Positions 1-8,388 of a stretch of 24,147 nt of DNA are shown here, piece by piece (positions within the stretch are counted from its first letter, which is position 1; every line of letters begins with the position of its first letter). The position numbers and the translations under genes are program-made. Origin of the DNA: a virus (lineage: Duplodnaviria > Caudoviricetes); IMG/VR virus record IMGVR_UViG_3300025848_000182, positions 1 through 24,147 of that record; one strand, given 5' to 3'. The notes under the pieces were generated by a model. The model was not told where the DNA came from. It did not search any database and saw only the letters and a list, made by a program, of their open reading frames with translations.

Positions 1-1
1 A

Positions 2-136
2 GACCTTCACCAGCGCCTCGTGCGCGAGGATCACGATTTCCGCGCCGGCTGGCGGCGCGAACAACGGGACGGGCTGTGGTTCTTCCTCGGCCTCGCCATC
101 GGCCTTGGCGTCTGCGTGATCCTGGTGGTCGCATGA
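2..136 (+). CDS. 3' end of a small membrane-anchored hypothetical protein (5'-truncated)
   Basis: Frame is open from base 2: DLHQRLVREDHDFRAGWRREQRDGLWFFLGLAIGLGVCVILVVA-stop. It has a hydrophobic C-terminal helix, and its TGA overlaps the next ATG (ATGA at 133-136). Confidence 0.6.
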   Translation, partial: DLHQRLVREDHDFRAGWRREQRDGLWFFLGLAIGLGVCVILVVA

Positions 137-345
137 AATCGCCGACCCGATACCAGAAATTTGAGCCGTACGTTGTGACCGTAACTTTCAATGTGCGGGC
201 AATGCGGGACGAGTGGGCGGACGAAGGCTGGCTGGACCAAAGAGCCGTGCTGGACGCCTTCAATGAGGAGTTCAACACCAACGACATTTTCGGCGACGGG
301 TTCGTCGCCAACGTCGAGAGTGTAGCGATCTCGAGGGATTTATGA
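133..345 (+). CDS. Hypothetical phage protein (70 aa)
   Basis: ATG at 133 is coupled to the upstream stop and its own stop overlaps the ATG at 342, so this start is preferred over 76. Confidence 0.65.
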   Translation: MKSPTRYQKFEPYVVTVTFNVRAMRDEWADEGWLDQRAVLDAFNEEFNTNDIFGDGFVANVESVAISRDL

Positions 346-1073
346 TTCATTACCACGGTTGCCCATTGTCTGGAGACACCGTGACGCAGATGGCGTTGCG
401 TGGACGGCACGCGATGGTGTCTTACGCCGCTCCCGATACACTCCAGCTCGCGGCGGAAATCTGCCAGTCTTTTGCCCTCGACAATGGAGCATTCAGCGCA
501 TGGACGAGGGGGGAGGCGCTGGACGCGCCGGGGTACTGGAGATGGGCCTCAGACTGGAGCAGGCACCCTGGATTTGACTGGTGCCTGATCCCCGACGTGA
601 TCGACGGGTCTGAGTCAGATAACGATGCACTGCTAGTGGACGCGCCATCAGTGCACTGGTGTGTCCCCGTGTGGCACTTGCACGAGTCCATAGAGAGACT
701 GGAGCGACTTGCCGCCGATTGGCCGAGGGTCGCCTTTGGGTCGTCGGGGCAATTCGCAACGCCAGGCTCCCCGTCGTGGTGGGAGCGGATGTCTCAGGCG
801 ATGCACGTCGTGTGCGACTCCGAGGGTCGTCCGGCGGTCAAGCTGCACGGACTGCGGATGCTCGACACTGCGATTACCAGTGAAGTGCCTTTGTCTTCGG
901 CGGACTCAACGAATGTCGCACGAAACATCGGAATCGATAAACGATGGACAGGACCGTATGTCCCGCCGAGCAAAGATGCTCGTGCCATCATCCTGATGGA
1001 TCGAATCGAGTCACATGCGGTCGCATCAAGATGGACGGGACATCGCGGGAGGAATTTTGAGTTATTTGGTTAA
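342..1073 (+). CDS. tRNA-guanine transglycosylase-fold (DpdA-like) protein
   Basis: Motifs occur in TGT order: ALDNGAFS (cf. DSGG catalytic Asp), LIPDVI, PVWH, AFGS, LHGL, SADS. GAGGG RBS. Directly upstream of queE. No C-terminal Zn-binding CxCxxC is seen. Confidence 0.65.
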   Translation: MIHYHGCPLSGDTVTQMALRGRHAMVSYAAPDTLQLAAEICQSFALDNGAFSAWTRGEALDAPGYWRWASDWSRHPGFDWCLIPDVIDGSESDNDALLVDAPSVHWCVPVWHLHESIERLERLAADWPRVAFGSSGQFATPGSPSWWERMSQAMHVVCDSEGRPAVKLHGLRMLDTAITSEVPLSSADSTNVARNIGIDKRWTGPYVPPSKDARAIILMDRIESHAVASRWTGHRGRNFELFG

Positions 1074-1683
1074 AGAAATTTTCTATACCCTGCAAGGCGA
1101 AGGCATCAATGCAGGTCGCCCAGCCGTCTTTTGCCGTTTTGCCGGATGCAATCTGTGGTCTGGAAGAGAACAAGATCGGGCAAGTGCTCAGTGCAAATTT
1201 TGCGATACGGACTTTATCGGAACGGATGGTTCGCTTGGTGGCAAATACCGAGATGCGGAGGCGCTCGCCGAAGTTGTCTCCGGTAGGTGGGTCTCCGATT
1301 ACAAAAAAAAGTTTGTTGTTTTGACAGGGGGAGAACCTTTACTTCAAGTTGATAAAGATTTAATTGATGCACTGCATCGAGAACAATTTGAAATTGCCGT
1401 TGAAACAAATGGGACAGTGGTCGCTCCCGATGGAATTGACTGGCTCTGCGTCAGTCCGAAAGCTGACACAAAATGGATTCAACGAACCGGAAATGAGTTG
1501 AAACTCGTTTTTCCACAAATGAATCTCAATCCTGAAGATATTCATGGCGTTGTTTTTAACCATCTTCTTCTTCAGCCAATGAACAATTCTGAAAAAAACA
1601 CAATGAAAGCCATTGCGTTTTGCATGAAAAATCCAGAATGGAGAATTTCATTTCAATGGCAAAAGATATGGGGCATACGATGA
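1057..1683 (+). CDS. queE: 7-carboxy-7-deazaguanine synthase, radical SAM, CX14CX2C type
   Basis: Motifs VKEIFYTLQGEG, FCRFAGCNLWSGREQDRASAQCKFCDTDF, TGGEP, ETNG, SPK, LQP. The likely start is TTG at 1057 after GGGAGGA (1047-1053). Confidence 0.93.
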   Translation: MSYLVKEIFYTLQGEGINAGRPAVFCRFAGCNLWSGREQDRASAQCKFCDTDFIGTDGSLGGKYRDAEALAEVVSGRWVSDYKKKFVVLTGGEPLLQVDKDLIDALHREQFEIAVETNGTVVAPDGIDWLCVSPKADTKWIQRTGNELKLVFPQMNLNPEDIHGVVFNHLLLQPMNNSEKNTMKAIAFCMKNPEWRISFQWQKIWGIR

Positions 1684-1907
1684 ACATCGAACAGGCCCGA
1701 GAGTGGGCGCGATCACGGGCGACAAACATCGCTCAACTGGCTGATGCCGGCGACTACCAGTCGGGGGCGCAGATCGAGTTGATGGCCCAGGCCTACTTGC
1801 TGGGCTGGATGAAACGCGACATTGCCTGCAAAGACCTCGAGATCGAGGGGCTTCGCGGCCAGGTGCAGCGTCTCAGGTTTCTGATCAATGAGGAGGTGGG
1901 GAAATGA
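1680..1907 (+). CDS. Hypothetical phage protein (75 aa)
   Basis: ATGA overlap with the queE stop and with the next gene; helical, coiled-coil-like C-terminus. Confidence 0.7.
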   Translation: MNIEQAREWARSRATNIAQLADAGDYQSGAQIELMAQAYLLGWMKRDIACKDLEIEGLRGQVQRLRFLINEEVGK

Positions 1908-2182
1908 GCGACACACCAGAGAGGGAACGCATGCGCGACCGGGCCACAACACACTCCAGCGAATGCTGGAAGTGGCACCATGCGTGTGCCGCAGCCCGCA
2001 TCCGCGAGCTGGAGGCGCAGATCGCTGCCATCGAGCGCCGGACGATTCTTCGCTGTGCCGACGCCTGCGAGCAGCGCGGTGCTGAATTCCGAGGTGAGGA
2101 ACAATTCGCTGAGGCTTTCGGTTGCGATGACTGCGCGGCGATGTTTCGTCAGGAGGTGATGTTTGGGAAGGAGGAGAGGTAA
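1904..2182 (+). CDS. Hypothetical His/Cys-rich phage protein
   Basis: GGAGG RBS; HSSECWKWHHAC, CADAC and CDDC motifs; translationally coupled on both sides. Confidence 0.75.
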   Translation: MSDTPERERMRDRATTHSSECWKWHHACAAARIRELEAQIAAIERRTILRCADACEQRGAEFRGEEQFAEAFGCDDCAAMFRQEVMFGKEER

Positions 2183-2445
2183 TGGCCGGTTATGCCTACA
2201 AGTACGTCAGAGACCTGCTTCCGCCGTACCTGACAACGGAGACGGAAGGATACGAGGGCGACGCGGATCAAGACGGCGATCAATGGTACGCGGCGGCGAA
2301 GTACATTGAAGAGCTGGAAAACGAACTTGCGCTGCAACACGAAGCATCCGGCAAATTCACGAATAAACGGCTTCTCGATTGGCTGAAGACCCGCACGAAG
2401 ACGATCTATAACAAGCGGCCTGCGATTGTTGGAGGCGCGTCATGA
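2182..2445 (+). CDS. Hypothetical phage protein
   Basis: GGAGGAGAGG RBS; TAATG overlap with the upstream gene. Confidence 0.75.
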   Translation: MAGYAYKYVRDLLPPYLTTETEGYEGDADQDGDQWYAAAKYIEELENELALQHEASGKFTNKRLLDWLKTRTKTIYNKRPAIVGGAS

Positions 2446-2675
2446 CCCTCAAACCATGCCCGTGCGGGCAAACCCCCGCCAGCCTCGTCACAATCTCGCT
2501 GACCTGCCGAGACGAGTGGACGAACGACGGCAAAGCCCTTGACCTCTGGACAATCGCTGGTGACTGTTGTGGGAAATGGATGGTGTCGCTCCATCTCCCC
2601 GAATTGTGTCCTAACGCCGAAACGTATTTCCCAGAAGCGTGGAACGCCGCGCCGAGGGCGGAGGTGAGGGGATGA
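2442..2675 (+). CDS. Lar-like (restriction alleviation) zinc-ribbon protein, divergent
   Basis: The pattern LKPCPCG...CCG...EAWN resembles the Lar family signature LKPCPFCG...CxxC...AWN; GGAGG RBS. Confidence 0.5.
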   Translation: MTLKPCPCGQTPASLVTISLTCRDEWTNDGKALDLWTIAGDCCGKWMVSLHLPELCPNAETYFPEAWNAAPRAEVRG

Positions 2676-4625
2676 TTATTTTCGCTGAATCACCCCAAAC
2701 ACCACCACGCTCAACTCCTCATCATCCGCCGGAGTCGCAATAGGCGACTCGCACAGGATGTTGACCGAGCTGGTCGCACCGCCTGACGCCTTTCGAACAA
2801 ATCGGTTTCCCGTCGCGATCACCACGGCATCGGTCATGTCGAACGTGTTGGCGAAGGTCACGGTGTAGTCACCGGTTCCGTTTTTTGTGACGCTGGTGAC
2901 GCCGTATTTGTCATTGACCGTATCGCTCGATCCATTGTACTGCAACCATGCCTTCGCCATTCCCAGGAAGCCTGACCCAGCAAGCACGTTCTGGTAAGAC
3001 GTGTCCGCAAAGTGGTCGATGCCGCCATTCTCCATGACGTTCCCCGCGCCGAACTTGATGCCATAAGTCGCAGAAGCTGGCGCAGAGATCGACCAGGGAA
3101 TAGACGATGCCGGAAGCCCTGCAATTGTGTTGTCATCGACAACGCATAGTGTGGTGTCACTGAAACTGAATCCTGTTTTGATGCTGTTCGCCTCAGTCAG
3201 CCCCTTGATTGAATTGCCAATCATCTGACCATCAATGCAAATTCCCTCAGTCCTGTAAGCCCACTGATAACCGTTGATAACCGAGCAATTCATCACCTTA
3301 AACGTATCGCACGCCTCGACCTTGATGCCGGCTGCGTTCGTTCCGGTTTGTTTCCCGCCCATGTCCCGAATGGAAACGCCGGAGATGATGAGATTCTTGC
3401 CCCTTGTCGTGGCGTTACCCATGTTCGCCGAAATGCCACCCCCCGTATCAAACGTGGTCGAATCGCGAGTGGTCGAGCCATAACCATCATGCGTCCCGCC
3501 GATGATCTGCACATCAAACGATTCGTAACCCGACGCCGTGGATTGAATGGCTACGCCTTCAGCGCAATTCCTCGATGAGCAATTTATGAATCGAACTTGC
3601 TGCCCGCCATGCGTGTCATATGCCGACCATCCCGTCACGTAATCGACCATGCCATTTGCCACGGTGCAATCAGTGCAGGCCGGGTCAGTCGATGAATAGG
3701 TGAAGGTGATTCCGTAGGCATTGAGGTAAGGGGCTGACCCGCCGTTACCTGGGAACACGTCATAAATGTCCGGCGATTCAACCCAGACGTTAGAGCACGA
3801 AAGGCAATATATTCCGTACTGACCACATCGGTCGATGTCAACGTGATCGAGCCTTGCGCGATCCACGTATTTGAGCTTGATGCCCGCCTCTCCGCAGTTC
3901 TTGACCTGGACTTTCAGGTAGACGTTGGCAATGTATGTGCCGACAAGCCCGTACACGTAGATGCCATTGCGAGATGCCACATAGCCAGCGGCTATCGTGT
4001 TGGCGGTATTGTTCAGATCAACGGTGAGGTCGCTGATTGAGATATTGCCAACGCTGGACGTTATCAGGTTGAGTGATCCCGCAGACGAAGATGCTTTTAG
4101 AACAGTTTTGCCGTAGCCGTCACCCTCGATGGAAAGCGCGCTTGAGATCGTCAAAGCACCCGTAAGGTAAGTGCCTTCTGAGATGTACAGTTTCCCACCT
4201 GCCGCTGCTGTAATCGCCGCCTGTAATGCTGCGGTGTCGTCTGTCGATCCATCCCCGGTTGCGCCGTAATCTTTGGCATTGATGATGTCGCCCAGCTTAC
4301 TGGCAAGCGTGCGTTCCGTTGCGCCAGTGCCGGTTGCGGTATAGTCACTTTCATCCCACCCGAATACATCATCACGGCTGAATACCTGCACAGCGTCAGA
4401 GTCTTTGACCAGGATGGTGTAAACGCCTGAGCCGTAGATGTTGACCGCGAGCCTGCCGGCGGAGTTGAGGCTGTACGGGTTCGCGACTGCGACCGTCATC
4501 GCTGAATCGGAATACGCATCTTTGTCGTTGGTCGTCCCGGTGTCGTAAAAGTTGATCGTACCCGATGCCAGCGGGGCACCGTTGCTATCGAAAAATTGAT
4601 AACCGGCGGGGAAAAGAAGTGCCAT
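2676..4625 (-). CDS. Tailspike / receptor-binding protein with beta-helix domain
   Basis: The N-terminus FFDSNGAPLASGTINFY...NPYSLNSAGR resembles the P22-type head-binding domain. INAKDYGATGDGSTDDTAALQAAI is a pectate-lyase-3-like start of a beta-helix. It is the last gene of the late operon. Confidence 0.9.
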   Translation of the reverse strand: MALLFPAGYQFFDSNGAPLASGTINFYDTGTTNDKDAYSDSAMTVAVANPYSLNSAGRLAVNIYGSGVYTILVKDSDAVQVFSRDDVFGWDESDYTATGTGATERTLASKLGDIINAKDYGATGDGSTDDTAALQAAITAAAGGKLYISEGTYLTGALTISSALSIEGDGYGKTVLKASSSAGSLNLITSSVGNISISDLTVDLNNTANTIAAGYVASRNGIYVYGLVGTYIANVYLKVQVKNCGEAGIKLKYVDRARLDHVDIDRCGQYGIYCLSCSNVWVESPDIYDVFPGNGGSAPYLNAYGITFTYSSTDPACTDCTVANGMVDYVTGWSAYDTHGGQQVRFINCSSRNCAEGVAIQSTASGYESFDVQIIGGTHDGYGSTTRDSTTFDTGGGISANMGNATTRGKNLIISGVSIRDMGGKQTGTNAAGIKVEACDTFKVMNCSVINGYQWAYRTEGICIDGQMIGNSIKGLTEANSIKTGFSFSDTTLCVVDDNTIAGLPASSIPWSISAPASATYGIKFGAGNVMENGGIDHFADTSYQNVLAGSGFLGMAKAWLQYNGSSDTVNDKYGVTSVTKNGTGDYTVTFANTFDMTDAVVIATGNRFVRKASGGATSSVNILCESPIATPADDEELSVVVFGVIQRK

Positions 4626-4628
4626 AAT
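4620..4628 (+). promoter_or_regulatory. Candidate extended -10 promoter (TGnCATAAT) for the 48-aa antisense ORF
   Basis: TGCCATAAT ends 8 nt before ATG 4637. No Shine-Dalgarno is present, consistent with a leaderless or near-leaderless mRNA. Confidence 0.35.
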
Positions 4629-4636
4629 CGGTCCCT

Positions 4637-4783
4637 ATGGAAAGAACAGCCCTAGCCATAGCCTTGCTGCCGTTCGTGATGTTTACGCTTTCAGTCGTCC
4701 TGCTGAACCCCGCAAAACGCGCCGTTCAGCGATGGATGCCAGAAGGCAAGATTAAGACCCTGTTATTGTTCCGAGTTAATTAA
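4637..4783 (+). CDS. Small membrane protein (48 aa), antisense to the late operon
   Basis: MERTALAIALLPFVMFTLSVVLLNPAKRAVQRWMPEGKIKTLLLFRVN. It fills the only sizeable gap in this part of the operon, has one hydrophobic helix plus a basic tail, and is missing from the supplied ORF track. Confidence 0.6.
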   Translation: MERTALAIALLPFVMFTLSVVLLNPAKRAVQRWMPEGKIKTLLLFRVN

Positions 4784-6367
4784 CGCAGCGGCGGCCACCG
4801 GAGCGGCGCGATTCTGGATGATTCGCGGTATAACCCGCTGACCAATCGTCGGTCCATAATTCGGTATTACCATGTGGCGTTGATAACCTGGTGATGTGAT
4901 TGTGGCGCGAATCAATGGTCTTGCCGCCATAACAGCAAATCCCGCTGGATTTTGTGATGCTGATGCGGAAATTGCTCCTGTTGCAACATCAAGAGGACTT
5001 ATCCCTGGCATTGAAGATGTAACTTCTTGAACCGACTTTTTGAATGCGGCAGCAAATCTTGCAGCATCCAAAAGCTCCCCGCTCAGTGGTTTCCCTTTGC
5101 TCATTTGCGCCGCGAGCTTTTGTGCAACAATGTTCCCCGACCCCTGATTCAATGCTGCTTCAAGCGTATACGTGCGAGCGATTAACTGACGAGCCTGCCT
5201 GAATTCGTCAACCAACTGCGGGTTGCCGATACGCTGAACATGACGTTCAAGCAAATCCTCGAAAGCATCGGCAAGGGCGCGGTTTGCTCTTGCAAGATCA
5301 AGCTGTTCAGGGTGTTCCGCCCTTCTAAAAAGCATGGTTGCCGCATCTCGCCGCCTTCTGATCAGATCAACTACATTACTTGAGTCAAAAGAGTTGCGGC
5401 TGTATTGACGAACAAGTCCCTCTATTTCATCTCCAGCTTCTTCCGGTACATCTCTGGCTAATCGCCTGAATGGAGCAACAATGTCGTCCAACGCATCGCG
5501 AAATGTTGAATCTGTTCTGACTCGTAAATGTGTCCCAGGCGGTTGATTTGGGAGAGACAGATTTCTCAACCGTTGATAAATACCGCTAGCCTGTTGCCTT
5601 ACTTGCCGCAAAACATCAACAGAAAGAGGAACATCATCTGCAACGCCGATAGACCTTCTGGCGATAGAATTTGTAACTGATTGGTTGTGAATTGCCGCCT
5701 GTTGAGCAGTGGTCAATTTCCCGGCTATGCCTTCAAGTGCGCGGTTTGTATATGTTGGGTTTGCAAGGGTAGGCTCGACAACATAACCAAGTTGCTGCCC
5801 GCGTTGAAGAACTGCCGTTCTTCCAGAATTTTGCAACCCCTCAAGGTTTCTGCGGGCAACATTGTCAGCAACCCTTCCACCAATAAATTGTCCGAATTGA
5901 AATGCTCCGCGTGCAACACCCGCGCCGATTGCTGCGTTTTTAGCCTTTCCTGCTATGACATTCCCTTCAGCAACTGGAGCGGCAAGCCCAGCAGCACCGC
6001 CGAGCAGGGTTGCTCCTGTGGCAGTGTTCGCCCCTGGAATAAAGGACATCGGCGCAAATGCCGCAATTTGACCACCTACAGACCCAATAGTGCCCGCCGC
6101 AGTATCAAGCAGTGGCTTGTCTCGTTCCGCTTTTGCGCGGATTTCGTCCTGGCTGACCGCTCCGACAAGCTGCCCCGTGCCATAACCAATATCGGCTACA
6201 CCCTGGCCTGCCCCGGCCAACAATCGCCCGCCAGTGCCCATGCCTTCGACCATTTCCGCTTGAGCCTTCGCAACAGCAGGGCGCGGATTGAATTCTTCAG
6301 CCGGTCCCGGGTCGCGGTACTTCGTCCACGGGCCTTTTTCTTGATACTTTTCCCAAGGCTTAGTCAT
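4763..6367 (-). CDS. DNA ejection/transfer protein (gp16-position)
   Basis: Third gene of the ejection cluster; Gly/Ala-rich hydrophobic segments, mostly helical; N-terminal PWEKY/PWTKY repeat. Confidence 0.75.
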   Translation of the reverse strand: MTKPWEKYQEKGPWTKYRDPGPAEEFNPRPAVAKAQAEMVEGMGTGGRLLAGAGQGVADIGYGTGQLVGAVSQDEIRAKAERDKPLLDTAAGTIGSVGGQIAAFAPMSFIPGANTATGATLLGGAAGLAAPVAEGNVIAGKAKNAAIGAGVARGAFQFGQFIGGRVADNVARRNLEGLQNSGRTAVLQRGQQLGYVVEPTLANPTYTNRALEGIAGKLTTAQQAAIHNQSVTNSIARRSIGVADDVPLSVDVLRQVRQQASGIYQRLRNLSLPNQPPGTHLRVRTDSTFRDALDDIVAPFRRLARDVPEEAGDEIEGLVRQYSRNSFDSSNVVDLIRRRRDAATMLFRRAEHPEQLDLARANRALADAFEDLLERHVQRIGNPQLVDEFRQARQLIARTYTLEAALNQGSGNIVAQKLAAQMSKGKPLSGELLDAARFAAAFKKSVQEVTSSMPGISPLDVATGAISASASQNPAGFAVMAARPLIRATITSPGYQRHMVIPNYGPTIGQRVIPRIIQNRAAPVAAAALINSEQ

Positions 6368-7539
6368 TGCACCTTCTTCCAGCTTTCAGGTTTTGACGGA
6401 TCGCCACCAAGGAATTCATAACCGCCATCAACAGTGCCCACCGGAAGATCAATAGACGTGGACAGTTTGTCGCCAAGGTTTTTTTGCAAGGACGATAGTT
6501 GATCTTTAGGCATGGCTGACTTTTTGGCTCTTTCAAGCCCAGCCGCGATGACCTCCCGCAATTCGATAAGCCCCTGTACGTAGGCTTCTTTGTCTTGACG
6601 GCGCGACATTCGGATCAGTGCGTTTGTGGCCTTCTCCCCTTCAATCTGCGTAATCTGACCGGTTCCTTTCAACGAGGCGTAGGCTTCTAGGAACGCTTGA
6701 CCTTCGATCTGCTTCATGTACGCATCGGCAGCAGCCTGATCTGTACCGGGTACGATAGGTGCCATCGAGTACATGCCAACAAGGTACGGCAGGCCCGGAT
6801 GCGATGCTAGGCTATCAATAACCTTCATCGCGGCTTCTGCCTTGTCTATGGCAGCAGGCAAAGCCCGTACTGCGTCTTGCTGTGCCAATGCAGAAGCCCT
6901 TTCGATTGCCCCATCAATTTCCACACGATTCCTCGCAGGGATTTCCGCCGTCTTCGCCGCCTCCTGAGAGGATACGACAGCCCCGGCCCGCGTCGCATCT
7001 CTTGTCGTGGCAATTTCTGGAGTTACTAAAACCTCTTGTTGACCTCCTGCGCCGAGATAACCTTTACCACCACCACCAAGGTCAAACAGTTTCCCGCCGC
7101 GCTTCATCTCAAGGAAACGCTGCTGGTCAGCCTCAGAAAGACTGTTGTAATACCGCCACTCTTGCACATTCGACGGCAGTGAATTTTCGCCTTTAAGAAA
7201 CACATTTGCTCGACTTTTGAGAATTGGCATATGCGTATCCGCATTGAACGGGCTGCCGATGTCGTTACCCACATCCGTTAGAAACGCCGCAACCTGACCT
7301 TCATCTGCACCGCCAGCCAGTGCCTCGATAGCCATCTCCGCAGCCTTCTGGGCCTGTTCCTGCTGATACGCACGGTTGTTTATTGCGTCTTGACGATCAG
7401 TCCTCTGCCGGGTGTAGGCGTCCTGCTGCTCAATCCGCCTCCGGTTGTAGGCGTTGGCCTCTCGGGCATCTTGAGCAGCCATGTTGCGGAAGTAACCTTC
7501 CGCTGCGATGTCTGAAGGATCGGCGTAGTAATTTGGCAT
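6364..7539 (-). CDS. DNA ejection/transfer protein (gp20-position)
   Basis: Ala/Gln-rich helical protein after the gp7-like gene; PSNVQEWRYY motif and C-terminal GYEFLGGDP..W motif. Confidence 0.75.
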   Translation of the reverse strand: MPNYYADPSDIAAEGYFRNMAAQDAREANAYNRRRIEQQDAYTRQRTDRQDAINNRAYQQEQAQKAAEMAIEALAGGADEGQVAAFLTDVGNDIGSPFNADTHMPILKSRANVFLKGENSLPSNVQEWRYYNSLSEADQQRFLEMKRGGKLFDLGGGGKGYLGAGGQQEVLVTPEIATTRDATRAGAVVSSQEAAKTAEIPARNRVEIDGAIERASALAQQDAVRALPAAIDKAEAAMKVIDSLASHPGLPYLVGMYSMAPIVPGTDQAAADAYMKQIEGQAFLEAYASLKGTGQITQIEGEKATNALIRMSRRQDKEAYVQGLIELREVIAAGLERAKKSAMPKDQLSSLQKNLGDKLSTSIDLPVGTVDGGYEFLGGDPSKPESWKKVQ

Positions 7540-7546
7540 GATGTCC

Positions 7547-8386
7547 TCAGAACGCCTTCACGCGGCGCAGGTAATCGTCAGTGGCGTTGTTGGCACTGTT
7601 GTTCCGGCTTCGTAAATACGCATCCCCGAACACATTGCCCAGGTTCGCCGCCGTCCGGCCCCACATATCGTAACCAGATTGCCGGGTCGCACCTATGTTC
7701 GCCATTGCGTTGCCGATGTTTGCGGCACCCTGTATGCCGATATTTACACCTTGGCTGGTGGCGTTTCCACCAAGGCCGGCGATCTGTGCAAGCCTGTTGG
7801 TGTAGTTGCCGAACTCCTCACTTGCCAGACCCTGACCGTATCGGGTTAGCGCCTTGTTCTGTGCTCCAGACCGCAATCGACCACGAGCTGCTGCGGATTT
7901 ATCAAGGGCGTTGATGCCTTCGTCCATCCTGAACTGATAACCAGGGGAAGCGTAGAACCCGCCGTAGCGGTCATCACCCGTGACCGGCTGGCCTGATTCG
8001 GCGTAGGCAGGTCCAACCATCTCATCGGGGATGTTGTAACCCTGATCTCGCAGGTATTGCTGGACCTCTGCCGTCATCCTCGCCGGAGCGTACTGCGGCG
8101 GTGCGCCCATGCTTCCATACTGGCCGGAGTAGATTTGCTGCACCGACAGGTTCTGATCCTGAGGTACTGCTTGCTGTTGCAGGCCCATCGCACGGTTCAG
8201 CGCATTGAGCGCCCCATAGCCAGATTGCCGAAAAGGCGCAAGGTCATTGCGAGCCTGTTGATCTGCGAAAATCTGGTATTGCAGTGCTTTTTTCTGGAGC
8301 TTTGCGGATTTCTTGCTGCCTTTGCTTTTCAACAGCCCGCCGACAATCGACCCCGCTGCGCTTATCGCCGCCGCCCAACCAGCCAT
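7547..8386 (-). CDS. DNA transfer protein, P22 gp7-like
   Basis: N-terminal AAISAAGSIVGGLL followed by a Lys-rich patch; motifs LAPFRQSG, SPGYQFR..EG, SAAARG.L.SG..KAL..YGQGLA; GGAGG RBS. Confidence 0.85.
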   Translation of the reverse strand: MAGWAAAISAAGSIVGGLLKSKGSKKSAKLQKKALQYQIFADQQARNDLAPFRQSGYGALNALNRAMGLQQQAVPQDQNLSVQQIYSGQYGSMGAPPQYAPARMTAEVQQYLRDQGYNIPDEMVGPAYAESGQPVTGDDRYGGFYASPGYQFRMDEGINALDKSAAARGRLRSGAQNKALTRYGQGLASEEFGNYTNRLAQIAGLGGNATSQGVNIGIQGAANIGNAMANIGATRQSGYDMWGRTAANLGNVFGDAYLRSRNNSANNATDDYLRRVKAF

Positions 8387-8388
8387 GT

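Noticed and set aside
1303-1311. A8 tract forming an in-frame A-AAA-AAG slippery heptamer in queE
   Set aside because: The -1 frame stops within about 14 codons and I see no stimulatory hairpin; it is explained by Lys-Lys-Lys in an AT-rich gene.
5681-6421. 246-aa plus-strand ORF
   Set aside because: Antisense shadow of the ejection gene; Cys/Ser/Arg-rich with no motif or RBS.
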